Shown piece after piece: positions 1 through 9,970 of a stretch of 64,000 nt of DNA; position 1 is the first letter of the stretch; each line of letters starts with the position of its first letter. The DNA is taken from positions 203,039-267,038 of the forward strand of contig CBDCOJ010000031.1 in the NCBI GenBank assembly GCA_965219695.1, in the 5' to 3' direction. Origin of the DNA: Candidatus Poribacteria bacterium (GTDB taxonomy: Bacteria; Poribacteria; WGA-4E; WGA-3G). The notes beneath the pieces were generated by a model. It ran no database searches. It worked only from the letters and a program-made list of their open reading frames with translations, and was not told the DNA's origin. Both the position numbers and the translations under genes were made by a program.

Positions 1-184
1 TTTCGCCTTATTTGGCACAAGTTGGACAGATACAAGTAATTCAGAGGTTAGAAGGTCGAAAATCAGTTTTTATTCAGGTAGGACTCATAGCACTTTGTGT
101 AAGTATTGCCATAATCATAGCAGTAGTCCGCTCAGGCTTTTTCGGAGAAGACGCTTATTAACTATTCAATCGGAGGAAATCAGA

Positions 185-3100
185 ATGCAATTCAAATATC
201 GTAATTTTTCAGTGAGAAATTGGCAAGGCAACATCGTTTCATACACTATCATATTTATCTTGACAGCCATGCTCTTTATCAACGGTTGTGTTAAGATGGA
301 AGCGACTCGTAAAGCGGATTGGGAGACGAACTTCACTGATCTGCACTTTGTGAATGCAAAAAAGGGATGGCTTGTCGGACTTGGTGGGGTAATTGTTCAT
401 ACAGCGGATGGTGGAAAAACGTGGCAGAAGCAAGAGGTAAATACTACAGGGGATTTCAAAGCGGTCTATTTTGCTAACGAAAAAGATGGATGGGCGGTAG
501 GTCATGACGGGCTCATCGCAACGACTGATGATAGTGGTAGACACTGGTACTTACAAGAAAGCGGAACTTCCGCGATGCTGCGCGATGTCTATTTTGCAAA
601 TGGTATGGAAGGTTGGATTGTTGGTGAAGATGCAGATGTTCTCTACACACAAAACGGTGGTAAATCGTGGAATCGGTTTGAACATGTAAGTGAATTTCCG
701 CTTAACGGTGTTTGGTTTGTTGACGATGACAGAGGATGGGCTGTTGGGACGTATGATAGGATTTTTCATACCAAAACCGGTGGTAAGTCATGGCAAGAAC
801 AGAGTAATCGCTTTGAGGGTGAACGCGACCGAATGATTAACGACAACAAGCAGGTTTTCTTTATTAGTAAAAATGAGGGATGGATCGTTGGTAGCGACGG
901 GTCCATCTTTCATACGACTTCCGGTGGTATCAATTGGGAACGTCAAGATAGTCGTATTCCACTAATTAATGGACATGTCCGTGATACAATTAACAGTATC
1001 CATTTTACAGATGAAAACTATGGAATTGCTGTTGCAGATGTCGGGTTCATCACCCGGACAGAAGACGGTGGTGATAATTGGCAATTGATGGAGAGCGGAA
1101 CGGAAAACAATTTGACAGCGGTTCAGTTTACAACGAAAAAAGAGGCTTGGGCAATCGGATGGTCTGGTACTATTATGCACACAACGGATGCAGGTGCGAC
1201 GTGGGAGATGGTCAGCGGGACAACAGCAAACGATTTGCAAAATGTGCAGTTCACAGATGCTAACCGTGCTGTCGCAGTTGGTAAGCGCGGCACGATGGTT
1301 ATGACAAATGATGGCGGACAAACGTGGAACGAGCTGGATACAGATATCTGGGACGGAATTTGGAATATCTATTTTGCGACTGACAAACATGGATGGGCTG
1401 TCGGTGAACGAGGACTTATTATTCATACAAGCGATGGTGGGGCAAACTGGGAACGGCAGCGTGCGCCTTCAGCGTTTACGCTACGTTCTGTTCATTTTAT
1501 TAATTCCAAAAACGGGTTGGATTGTTGGAGACCTCGGCACTATCCTACACACAATTGATGGTGGAAACAGCTGGCTACCGCAAATTCCTGTCGGCGATTT
1601 CCATTCAATTATGTTAAAAGGAGTATTTTTTCTTGATGCAAAGAGAGGATGGGCAATCGGGTGGCCAGGTGTATGTATGGCGACTCAAGATGGTGGCTTG
1701 ACATGGCAACAGCAGTCTACTGATACCTTTAATGAACTTTACGCTGTTTATTTCGTAGATGAAAACATAGGCTGGATTGTTGGGCAATTTGGCGAGATAC
1801 TACATACAAAAAACGGTGGGGAAAAATGGGCTTTGCAATATAGTCGAACTCAAGAGAATCTAAATAAAGTCTATTTTGCAGATGCTCAGCACGGATTAGT
1901 CGTTGGTGATAACGGTGTAATGCTTACCACTATCAATGGTGGGAGAAGGTGGGAACAGCAAGAAAGTGGCACCGAAAATGATCTTTACGGATTAGCACTC
2001 TCACCCGAAGGGGTGGTAGCTGTTGGTAAAGGTGGAATAGCGATGCATTACACAGTTGAAAATGCAAAGTTGCCCGCAAAACTACCACCTATTGCTGAAG
2101 AACCAGAAACCGTAGTTGTTGAAGAAGAAACACCTGTTGAAACCGTTGTCTACCATTGGGATATTATCCGTCAAGCGACATGGCGAACAGATTTTGCAGA
2201 CACGCATTTTGTGGACGCTGAAAACGGATGGGCAGTTGGTTCTGGTGGTGCAATTGCTCGTACAACAGATGGCGGAAAGACATGGCTACCGCAACATAGC
2301 GGCATCAGTGAAAATTTGCGTAAGATCGAATTTACAGATGAAAAAAATGGACGAATTCTTGGGTCAAGCGTTTTACTTCAAACAGATAATGGTGGCGAAA
2401 CGTGGAAAACCTATTGTCAATACAACGCGCCAGAATCTACCACGTATCAGTATGATGCAGTTTATAAACGAAAAAGAGGGGTGGCTTGGCGCATCAATTG
2501 GGCAGATCTTACATACTACTGATGGTGGAAAAACGTGGAAAGTTCAAAAAACTGGTACAACGAATGCAAATATCACAGACCTCCATTTTATCAATAGTCT
2601 GGAAGGTTGGGCAGTTGCCCCGCAACGCCGAGATGGTGGATTTATTTTACATACCGTTGATGGCGGTAATTATTGGAAAATTCAGTCTAAGACCAATCAA
2701 CCGGGTATTGCAGTCCATTTTGATGACGAAAAACATGGCTGGGTTATTCTCGGTAACGGAAACTCCTTGCTCACTGAAGATGGCGGCGAAACATGGAAAC
2801 TGCGATCCACAACGCAAAACCCGCGTGGTTTAAGACGTATTACCTTCCGTTCACATACACATGCGTGGGGAATCGGAGGCGGCGGTGCATATATCACTGA
2901 AGATCAAGGTGTAAATTGGGAAACTATTCCTGTCGCAACAGGAGACAATATGTTTGCAATGCGGCAACCATCACCTGAAACACCTGAAGAATCTGAAAAA
3001 GAAGAAACGGAGAAAGGAGAAGAAAGTACGCAATCTGCGGAAGAAACATTCGCGGATATATGGCAAAGACAACTGCGGCAGCAGCTGCAACGTCCTGGAC

Positions 3101-4230
3101 GCCTTGCCCCTGAAGGCACACTACCACAGAATCCTGAGCAGGCGAATCCCACCCAAACCGAACGACCGCCACCTCCACCACCTGAACGAAGGAGACGGTT
3201 CGGACGTGGCGGAAGTGGAATCGCCAGCGTTTATTTCCTTGATGCAGAACATGCATGGGCAGTGGGGAGTGCAGGCAGCATTTATCGTACCACAGATGGT
3301 GGACAAACATGGGAACGTCAACTTGGTGAACAGCAACGCAATGATTTCCGAAAAGTCCTCTTTTTCAACGACAAAATCGGTTGGATTGCGAATAGTGATG
3401 GAACTTTATTGGAAACACAAGACGCTGGGCAAACATGGGAGAAAATGACAATCCATGCTCGTCAAAGTCTTGTGGGTATCCATTTCGCAAGTCTTGAACC
3501 GAAGTGGGGTTGGACAATGCGTAGAGATGGCACAGTCTTATATACAACTGATGGCAACACGTGGACGGCAGGCGACACACCTGAACGACCACCCTTCTTT
3601 GAAGGGGATTCTCCCGGTAGATTCTCACTGACCGACGTTGACTTCGGCAAGTTTTCTGAAGGTTGGGCAGTTGGTAGATTTGGGGACATTATTCACAACA
3701 AAGATGGCGGTCCCACGTGGACGCTCCAACGTACCACGACAAACGACACGCTCATGAGCATTGACATGAAATTTGCCCCTCTCGGTTGGGCAGTAGGACA
3801 AAGCGGAACCATTCAGCGAACTATCAACGGTGGTGATTATTGGCGAATGCACGAGTCCAATACAGTTTATGACCTCAATTCAGTTTCATTTATTACGAAA
3901 CGAATAGGATGGGCGGTAGGACAAGGTGGTATTGTGCTAAAGACAGTGGATGGTGGTTTTACATGGCAACCTAAAATGAGCGGCATTGCTAAAACACTAC
4001 ATGGTATTATAGCGCTATCTGAACAAGAACTTTATGCAGTTGGCGAAGAAGGAACGATTATCCGTTCTGTTGATGGTGGCGAAACATGGAAACAGGAACA
4101 TACCGATATTGACAACAATCTCTACGTTATTACCCGTGCCAAAAACGGTAAAACACTCTGGGTTGTTGGTCAGTGGGGTGTCGTCCTCCGCCGAAAATTA
4201 GAAACTCCCTTGCAAGCGTCAACGCGATGA
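185..4230 (+). CDS. BNR/Asp-box repeat multi-propeller lipoprotein (Ycf48/HCF136-like repeats); a single gene interrupted by two 1-nt frameshifts
   Basis: ORF-track segments 95..1558, 1308..2522 and 2116..4230 overlap and all carry the repeat T-x-DGG-x-TW followed about 15 aa later by GWxVG. The likely start is ATG 185 (MQFKYRNF...), a signal peptide with lipobox FINGC. Frame changes fall exactly at the A5 run 1508-1512 and the A4 run 2406-2409; removing one A from each gives continuous repeat periodicity (..INSKTGWIVGDLG.. and ..ETWKPIVNTTRQNL..). A Pro/Glu-rich linker lies at about 2950-3230. Confidence 0.6.
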
Positions 4231-4243
4231 GATACAACGGATT

Positions 4244-6343
4244 CTAACCCGTAAATAGAGTATGATGACTTGGAAATGGTTTGTTTTTATCCCAGTACTT
4301 CCTGAATGTTCTTACGTCTTCTACCTTTAGTACCTCAGCTGCTTTAGCAGGATCAGTATATAAGTAGGGGGATCGGCGATAAATATTCCATTCAATTCTC
4401 GAAAAGGTCAGTCCACTGAAATATATACAGCCGTGTTTTCCATCCAGACGCTTAGATAGCACTTTCAGAGCGTGATGAACAGTCCGCATTTCACCTTTTA
4501 GTCCTTTGTTTCGCCATTCTGCGCGAGAGAGATGCTCCCAAATAAAATGCTTGATTGGTTCTGTATGAAGTCTCATGATCTCGTCAATAGGAAACCGTTG
4601 GATCTGGCGTAAAGTCGGTTCAAATTCATGTGATGAATTGTTCGTGCCATTTCCATTATCTTCTGCCCAATAGGACAATTCTCTGTCAAGTTTATCGCGA
4701 GAAATACGCAATTCTTTAGCCGCTTTTTCTTTATTTCCACCACATTCCTTTACGATTTCGCGAAGGACCGCAGTAAGGCTATCCTGGAGGCTTTTTCCTA
4801 TTATACAGACCGGTTCAGCTTCCTCTGTGCGTTCGGTGTCCATTCTACGCCGAAACTTTGAAAATTGAGAGATGGCATTGTCAATCGCCGCCTTAAAATA
4901 TTCTTTCGTAAGTTTAGGGACGTCTAAATCTTTAGTTGTGTAATATTCTTTCAGCCAATCCTCAATTTCGCGTTTTGCCATATAGGCACGGTCGCGCCCA
5001 TCATTAGAAAACTCCTTCCACCATAGAGCAATTTGTTTGTCAGTGACATCTGGGGCAGCATCCGAGATAAACTGACAGAACACCGCGATCGGCAGATCAA
5101 GCATGTTTTGATATATCGATGTTTCTGGCGTTTTTGCAGATCGCGTTTCTGGTGTGCCCCGTCTTGATACCTTATCTCCATTAACCATCTGGAGGTTTCG
5201 TGGAAGGTCTCTTGACAGAATCACGCCGCCTCGGGAATTCATTGCTGCTCTTTTGAGGCAGGTATATAACTCTCGAACATTACCCGGCCAGCTATACGCT
5301 TCAAGCAATGCCATCGCTTCTGGCGAAGGAGCGAGGGTTGGTATATCATTGTCTTTTTCAATGCACTGCAGAAAGTGCGTGGTGAGTAACTCAATATCCT
5401 CTATCCTGTCTCGCAAGGGCGGTACGGAGATCTCATAGTCGCAGAGTCGGTAGTACAGATCCATTCGAAATTTCTCTGCCTCCACCATTTTCTTCAAGTT
5501 TTTATTGGTAGCACTGATGACCCGCACATCCACGCTACGTGTTTGCTCACTGCCTACTCGTTGGAACTCTCTTTCTTGCAGCACAGTGAGAAGTGTTCCC
5601 TGTTGTGCTGGTGTCATATTGCTGACTTCATCCAAGAAAAGGGTGCCGCCATCAGCCTGTTCAAATGCACCCGTGCGCTTGTCTTTCGCATCTGTGAATG
5701 CTCCTTTTTCATGACCAAAAAGTGCATCTTCAAAGAGTGATTCGGGTACAGCCCCACAATCAATTGGGATATAGGGTTCTTTTGCCCGTTCACTTTCTTC
5801 GTGAATTAAGCGCGCAACCACACCTTTCCCAGTCCCTGTCTCACCCGTAAGTAGCACTGAAACCTTAAAACTGACTGCACGTCCAATTTGTTTATTCAGC
5901 TTAAGCATGAGTTTGCTCTTTCCAACGAGAGGAGCTTGTTCCTCAACCTCTTCTCCATCAGGCATCCAGGATGTGTTTCTTCGGATAGATAGCCTGTCAA
6001 ACGCCCGCTCAAGTGCCTCACAAAGCTCTTCCATATTAATAGGTCTTAGTAAAACCTCTAATGCCCCCTGAGATATTGCACTTCTCACTATATGTATGCC
6101 CGCTCTGATCACGATTACAATTACGTTTGAGTGTTTGTCCTTAATTTCCTTCAACTCACCCAGACCGCTCTTCGCTGACAATGCCGCACTGAGCAAGACA
6201 ACTTCCAGATTCGTGGATTCGTTAATCTTTTCCAAGCCTTTGTTAAAGTCGTCAACAATGATGGGGGAATAGCCCTTATCCGTTAGGAAATTCACCAATT
6301 CACCAGAACTTTGGTTGTCATCAATTATTAATACTTCCTTCAT
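4244..6343 (-). CDS. Sigma-54-dependent transcriptional regulator (NtrC-family enhancer-binding protein) with an atypical receiver domain and a long C-terminal extension
   Basis: Walker A GETGTGKG, a GAFTGA-like loop (here GAFTDA), arginine finger region and ESELFGHEKGAF core. N-terminal CheY-like domain (start probably MKEVLIIDD at 6343). A Fis-type HTH (AAKELRISRDKLDRE) is followed by about 150 extra aa with no recognisable domain. Confidence 0.85.
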   Translation of the reverse strand: MKEVLIIDDNQSSGELVNFLTDKGYSPIIVDDFNKGLEKINESTNLEVVLLSAALSAKSGLGELKEIKDKHSNVIVIVIRAGIHIVRSAISQGALEVLLRPINMEELCEALERAFDRLSIRRNTSWMPDGEEVEEQAPLVGKSKLMLKLNKQIGRAVSFKVSVLLTGETGTGKGVVARLIHEESERAKEPYIPIDCGAVPESLFEDALFGHEKGAFTDAKDKRTGAFEQADGGTLFLDEVSNMTPAQQGTLLTVLQEREFQRVGSEQTRSVDVRVISATNKNLKKMVEAEKFRMDLYYRLCDYEISVPPLRDRIEDIELLTTHFLQCIEKDNDIPTLAPSPEAMALLEAYSWPGNVRELYTCLKRAAMNSRGGVILSRDLPRNLQMVNGDKVSRRGTPETRSAKTPETSIYQNMLDLPIAVFCQFISDAAPDVTDKQIALWWKEFSNDGRDRAYMAKREIEDWLKEYYTTKDLDVPKLTKEYFKAAIDNAISQFSKFRRRMDTERTEEAEPVCIIGKSLQDSLTAVLREIVKECGGNKEKAAKELRISRDKLDRELSYWAEDNGNGTNNSSHEFEPTLRQIQRFPIDEIMRLHTEPIKHFIWEHLSRAEWRNKGLKGEMRTVHHALKVLSKRLDGKHGCIYFSGLTFSRIEWNIYRRSPYLYTDPAKAAEVLKVEDVRTFRKYWDKNKPFPSHHTLFTG

Positions 6344-6431
6344 TACCTTGTCTCCTGTATTCCCAATAATGGATTTTCGCGTATACACGGCTTCGATTAT
6401 TTCTTCTTACACCAATAGTTCTATTTCCCTT

Positions 6432-6486
6432 ACAAGACTTGTGCAAGTTTTTACAAGACTTGTGCAAGTTTTTACAAGACTTGTGC
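6432..6486. promoter_or_regulatory. Three direct 21-bp iterons, each containing the palindrome ACAAG-A-CTTGT, 45-140 bp upstream of the sigma-54 regulator start
   Basis: The unit acaagacttgtgcaagttttt occurs 2.6 times with an exact 21-bp period (two helical turns). Confidence 0.5.
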
Positions 6487-6677
6487 TGGAATCACTATTT
6501 TTACGCCAAATATTCGGCAAATTGCTTGGCATGAATCTTGCTCCTACATTTTGTGCGCAAGTTCAATAAAAAAAGACATGTCGGTATACAGAAATTGCGT
6601 GGAAAATATTCATGAACCATCAAATTTGTTGGATACCGACTGATGTTCACACAAAAAATGAGTTAAAAAATAAAAAA

Positions 6678-6709
6678 TTGTTGTATTTTATTTTTATTCT
6701 TGCTATAAT
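6678..6709 (+). promoter_or_regulatory. Near-consensus sigma-70 promoter (TTGTAT-N17-TGcTATAAT, extended -10) with no protein gene immediately downstream
   Basis: -35 TTGTAT at 6681-6686, 17-nt spacer, and TGCTATAAT at 6701-6709, in an AT-rich region. Confidence 0.5.
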
Positions 6710-6716
6710 CTATTTT

Positions 6717-6812
6717 GGCATCCGTGAAATCCTTTATAGGTGGTTCGGCGAGAGGGTCATTCTCCCGAACCGCGGCACTGCCAAGTGTAGATTGCCAGTG
6801 CGGGTTTTATTA
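6717..6812 (+). ncRNA. Candidate small RNA or regulatory leader (about 95 nt) between an orphan promoter and an intrinsic terminator
   Basis: The predicted TSS is about 6717. A 10-bp bulged hairpin forms from GGTTCGGCGAG...CTCCCGAACC at 6746-6777. A terminator hairpin GCACTGCCAA/TTGCCAGTGC at 6775-6801 is followed by GGGTTTTATTAT. The overlapping ORF 6612..6848 is low-complexity with no RBS. Confidence 0.3.
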
Positions 6813-6813
6813 T
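6775..6813 (+). terminator. Rho-independent terminator-like hairpin followed by a T-run
   Basis: A 10-bp stem with one mismatch, a 7-nt loop, then GGGTTTTATTAT. Confidence 0.45.
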
Positions 6814-7314
6814 ATCATACATCGCAATTGATATGCATGATATTTTAAACAGCATCGTTATTTTACTTGATTTTCTTTGGAATATCTTGTAACATTACGA
6901 ATGGACGTTGGAGACGGATTGCCGGGGTAGATCCTTCTACCTCCCGTCTCCACCCAACTGGCAATTGGGTATGCGTCTGAAAATACAACGTCCAAATACC
7001 CTATTTTTCTGATTCAGTGATGGTTGTGTATCTATACTTCACAGTCGTGTCCTGGTTTTGTTGCTGATGCACTGGACATCGGTATCTGGAAGACTCATGA
7101 TTTACGCAAACACCTTTATTGATAAGGTTTCAAACCTCTTCAGCGGCGGGTGATATGTAGGAACTTATAAAAAAATACGTAAGTCCTAAAATAGATACAA
7201 CATTCAACAAGAGGGTAGGTTACTTGTGTAATTAACCCTCCATTCAAGACAGTTTACTCTACTTAGTGAAGAGGGATTTGGTATTCTTTGCACAAACACA
7301 TAGGAGAATGTTAA

Positions 7315-8379
7315 ATGCAAACAGAAGATAAACGTGGTCAGATCAAGTCATGGTTTATGCCAGAACCGAAACTTCAACGGGGTTTAATTATAATTGCCTT
7401 GCCTTTCATTTTCTTAGGTATCATTATTATTATCCCCGGTCTCGTTGCTGTTACTGAAGGCGATTTCAGAAGTCTATTAATTTCAGGTTTTTTTGGTGTA
7501 GTTGTGGGATCTATAGGGGTTATATTGGGAGGTTTCACATATTATGCGTATACTAAAGCGAAAGCAAGGTATGATGCACGACCATCAACCGAGCAAATGA
7601 TCCAATGGTTGCAAGAAGACCTTGAAGAGCTGAAAGAGAAGTCTCTTGAAAAGGCGAGATTAGATGAATCCGAAACAATAGCGGAATCAGTAATTTTGAA
7701 GGGACCGATCTGGTGGAGCGTGCCTGGGACAGGTATAGAAGAAGAAGACATACAGCGCGGAAAGACGGACACACAGGAATATCTGTATTCACATTGGAAT
7801 TTGATGATCCTGCACATCGCTGAGAATTCCGCCGCTGTATACGAATGCCTATATGCTTGGCCCAGTGATGGCCTATATAGAGAGAGCACATCGGAATATT
7901 TCTACGAAGATATCGTGCGAGTTAGTACATCAAGTGAAGAATCCGAGGTCATCAGGTTGGAGAAGGAAATGAATATCATTAATCCGGGATGCGTTAATAT
8001 AGGGTGCTGTGGATGCTTAGGTGCTGGGTGTTTAGGTTACCTGAACCCCTTCTTCGTTGGTCCTCTCCTTGCCAGTCAGGCTCACCAAACACTAAGAGAT
8101 GCGTTCGGTGACTCGTTTAACTATAAATTGCCCGACTCCTTGAAAGTAAAAAGAGGATATAAAGAAGGTGATAGAGAAGGAGATAAAAATAACAAGTTTG
8201 AGGTAGAAGGCAAGGCATTTAAACTTGATTTGAGTGGCGGACAAGCACTAACGTGTTTAATAGAAGGCACGCTGTTTGAAATATACGGGGCCGAAGAAGA
8301 AGTAGAACTTGCGGACAAAGCTGTAACTGCTATAAGCAGGCGGATAAGAGATAAAAAAAGAGATAAAAAGGCATCATAG
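7315..8379 (+). CDS. Hypothetical membrane protein: two N-terminal TM helices and a Cys-rich motif (GCVNIGCCGCLGAGCLG)
   Basis: A 354-aa ORF preceded by AGGAGA, with hydrophobic stretches at about aa 22-45 and 55-78. The acidic/basic C-terminal half has no recognisable family. Confidence 0.5.
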   Translation: MQTEDKRGQIKSWFMPEPKLQRGLIIIALPFIFLGIIIIIPGLVAVTEGDFRSLLISGFFGVVVGSIGVILGGFTYYAYTKAKARYDARPSTEQMIQWLQEDLEELKEKSLEKARLDESETIAESVILKGPIWWSVPGTGIEEEDIQRGKTDTQEYLYSHWNLMILHIAENSAAVYECLYAWPSDGLYRESTSEYFYEDIVRVSTSSEESEVIRLEKEMNIINPGCVNIGCCGCLGAGCLGYLNPFFVGPLLASQAHQTLRDAFGDSFNYKLPDSLKVKRGYKEGDREGDKNNKFEVEGKAFKLDLSGGQALTCLIEGTLFEIYGAEEEVELADKAVTAISRRIRDKKRDKKAS

Positions 8380-8457
8380 TTACGGAGCCGCCATCAGCAC
8401 AACTCAATCTGAATACTGTTGTGCCGATGCACTTTAACTACTATATGGAGGTAAAAA

Positions 8458-9603
8458 ATGGCCATTATAGACGTAGACAATATTATGTATAAACCGAAAG
8501 CAGACGATGCAGTAATTGCATGGAAGTTTCCGAGAGACGACGTTAGCAAGTGGACAAAGTTGATTGTAGGTGAGAGCCAGGAGGCTATCTTCTTAAAGGA
8601 TGGAAAAATAGTTGGTGAACCATTGGGTCCACAAGAAGGAGGACATGTATTATCAACTAAGAATATGCCTTGGCTGCGAGGAATAGTCGCGAGCGCGTTT
8701 GGCGGTCAAACGCGCAACCCAGCCCAAGTCTGGATCGTCAACAAAATGGAAATAATGGAGATCAGGTGGGGAACCACGGCGCCGTTGTTAGTTAAGAAAC
8801 GATGGGGCAACAGCGATACCCCTATCGGATTCCACGTCGTATCTCGTGGGGATTGGAGCATGCAAATAATTGAGTCACAGGAATTCCTGACTAAAATGGT
8901 AATTAACAAAACTTTACCAGAGGGTTACTTTGGCTCTAAGTCGGTCAAAAATAGTTTCCGCAGTACGATTCAGCAACAGTTGTCCAGGGATCTTAATACT
9001 CTCGTTAATAACGAGAGTATTTCTGAGACTGAATTTAGGGATCACACTACTAATCTTGGTGAATCCATTAAGCGTGGTATCAGTCCGGTATTTCAGCGTA
9101 ACGGAATTGAAATAAAAAGTTTCAATGTTGAAATTATCGACATCACCGATGAAGACAAAGCCATGTTGAGGAAATTTGATAACTATAATTTAATTGGCAA
9201 GAAGGAACAGGAAGATGAAATTGAGAAGCTAAAAGCGGCAAACCCAAACAGTGGCTTAGTGGAAGCGCTAAGCGGCGGTTTCGGCCTGGGCATAGGGCTC
9301 CGTGCTGGTGGTCCCTTGGGACAGCAAATCGGCAGCGCAATGGACACTCAATCTGAAACCAGTAATCCTACTGAAAGTGGCACACAGAATGACTCTGCTG
9401 CAAAACTCCAGCAACTCAAACAGGCGTTAGCGGCTGAACTGATCACAGAAGAAGAATTCAATGAAAAGAAAAAGCAGATTGAGAGTGATACACAGAATGA
9501 CCCTGTTGCAAAACTCCAACAACTCAAGGAGATGTTAGCGGCTGAACTGATCACAGAAGAAGAATTCAATGAAAAGAAAAAGCAAATTCTTGACTCCATG
9601 TAG
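8458..9603 (+). CDS. SPFH/band-7 domain protein (COG4260/YdjI-like) with two C-terminal SHOCT domains
   Basis: The N-terminus WKFPRDDVSK..LIVGESQEAIFLKDGKI..GP resembles the YdjI-type SPFH. The C-terminus carries two copies of (A/V)AKLQQLK..LAAELITEEEFNEKKKQI, the SHOCT signature, encoded by a direct DNA repeat of about 105 bp. An RBS GGAGG is present. Confidence 0.7.
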   Translation: MAIIDVDNIMYKPKADDAVIAWKFPRDDVSKWTKLIVGESQEAIFLKDGKIVGEPLGPQEGGHVLSTKNMPWLRGIVASAFGGQTRNPAQVWIVNKMEIMEIRWGTTAPLLVKKRWGNSDTPIGFHVVSRGDWSMQIIESQEFLTKMVINKTLPEGYFGSKSVKNSFRSTIQQQLSRDLNTLVNNESISETEFRDHTTNLGESIKRGISPVFQRNGIEIKSFNVEIIDITDEDKAMLRKFDNYNLIGKKEQEDEIEKLKAANPNSGLVEALSGGFGLGIGLRAGGPLGQQIGSAMDTQSETSNPTESGTQNDSAAKLQQLKQALAAELITEEEFNEKKKQIESDTQNDPVAKLQQLKEMLAAELITEEEFNEKKKQILDSM

Positions 9604-9633
9604 AACATATTGAATGCAGGGTTATTTAGAGCG

Positions 9634-9780
9634 TATCTCATAAATAGGATTTGTTGGTTCGTTATGAGTTGATTCTCTTTGTAGGAGGGATCTCCGATTC
9701 CCGACAGGTCGCGATTCGGAGATCGCTCCTACAGGATTTTGAAATCGGTCTTTCAAAGCCCTCCAACTATTTATGAGATA
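9634..9780. mobile_element. MITE-like element: 14-bp perfect terminal inverted repeats (TATCTCATAAATAG / CTATTTATGAGATA) enclosing a 52-bp palindrome and a second hairpin
   Basis: The TIRs lie at 9634-9647 and 9767-9780. An internal long imperfect palindrome gtaggagggatctccgattcccgacaggtcgcgattcggagatcgctcctac spans 9681-9732. A TTTGAAA-N6-TTTCAAA hairpin spans 9736-9758. The element is non-coding. Confidence 0.5.
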
Positions 9781-9970
9781 GGTTGTAGTTTTAATAATTT
9801 TAACCCAATCTGTTAGATTGTGTCTATGAGGACGCAAACCGGCAGTGAAATCAACGGTATGAATCATGTAGAATACCAAAAGTGTATTCTGCCAATGGCA
9901 TTCCCCGTGCTGCGAAATGTTGCGTAATAGGAGCAACTTGAGTTAATCTAAATGAATTAGGAGACTGTAT

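Noticed and set aside
6612-6848. 78-aa ORF in the AT-rich intergenic region downstream of the sigma-54 regulator
   Set aside because: It has no RBS and a low-complexity hydrophobic translation. It overlaps a promoter, hairpin and terminator arrangement that is better explained as a small RNA or leader.
9891-9909. Possible sigma-54 promoter (TGGCAT-N6-TGCT, with GG-N10-GC spacing) upstream of the zinc-ribbon/TPR gene
   Set aside because: The -12 element lacks the conserved T before GC, and no enhancer-like repeat is nearby. The match is within chance expectation for a 64-kb window.
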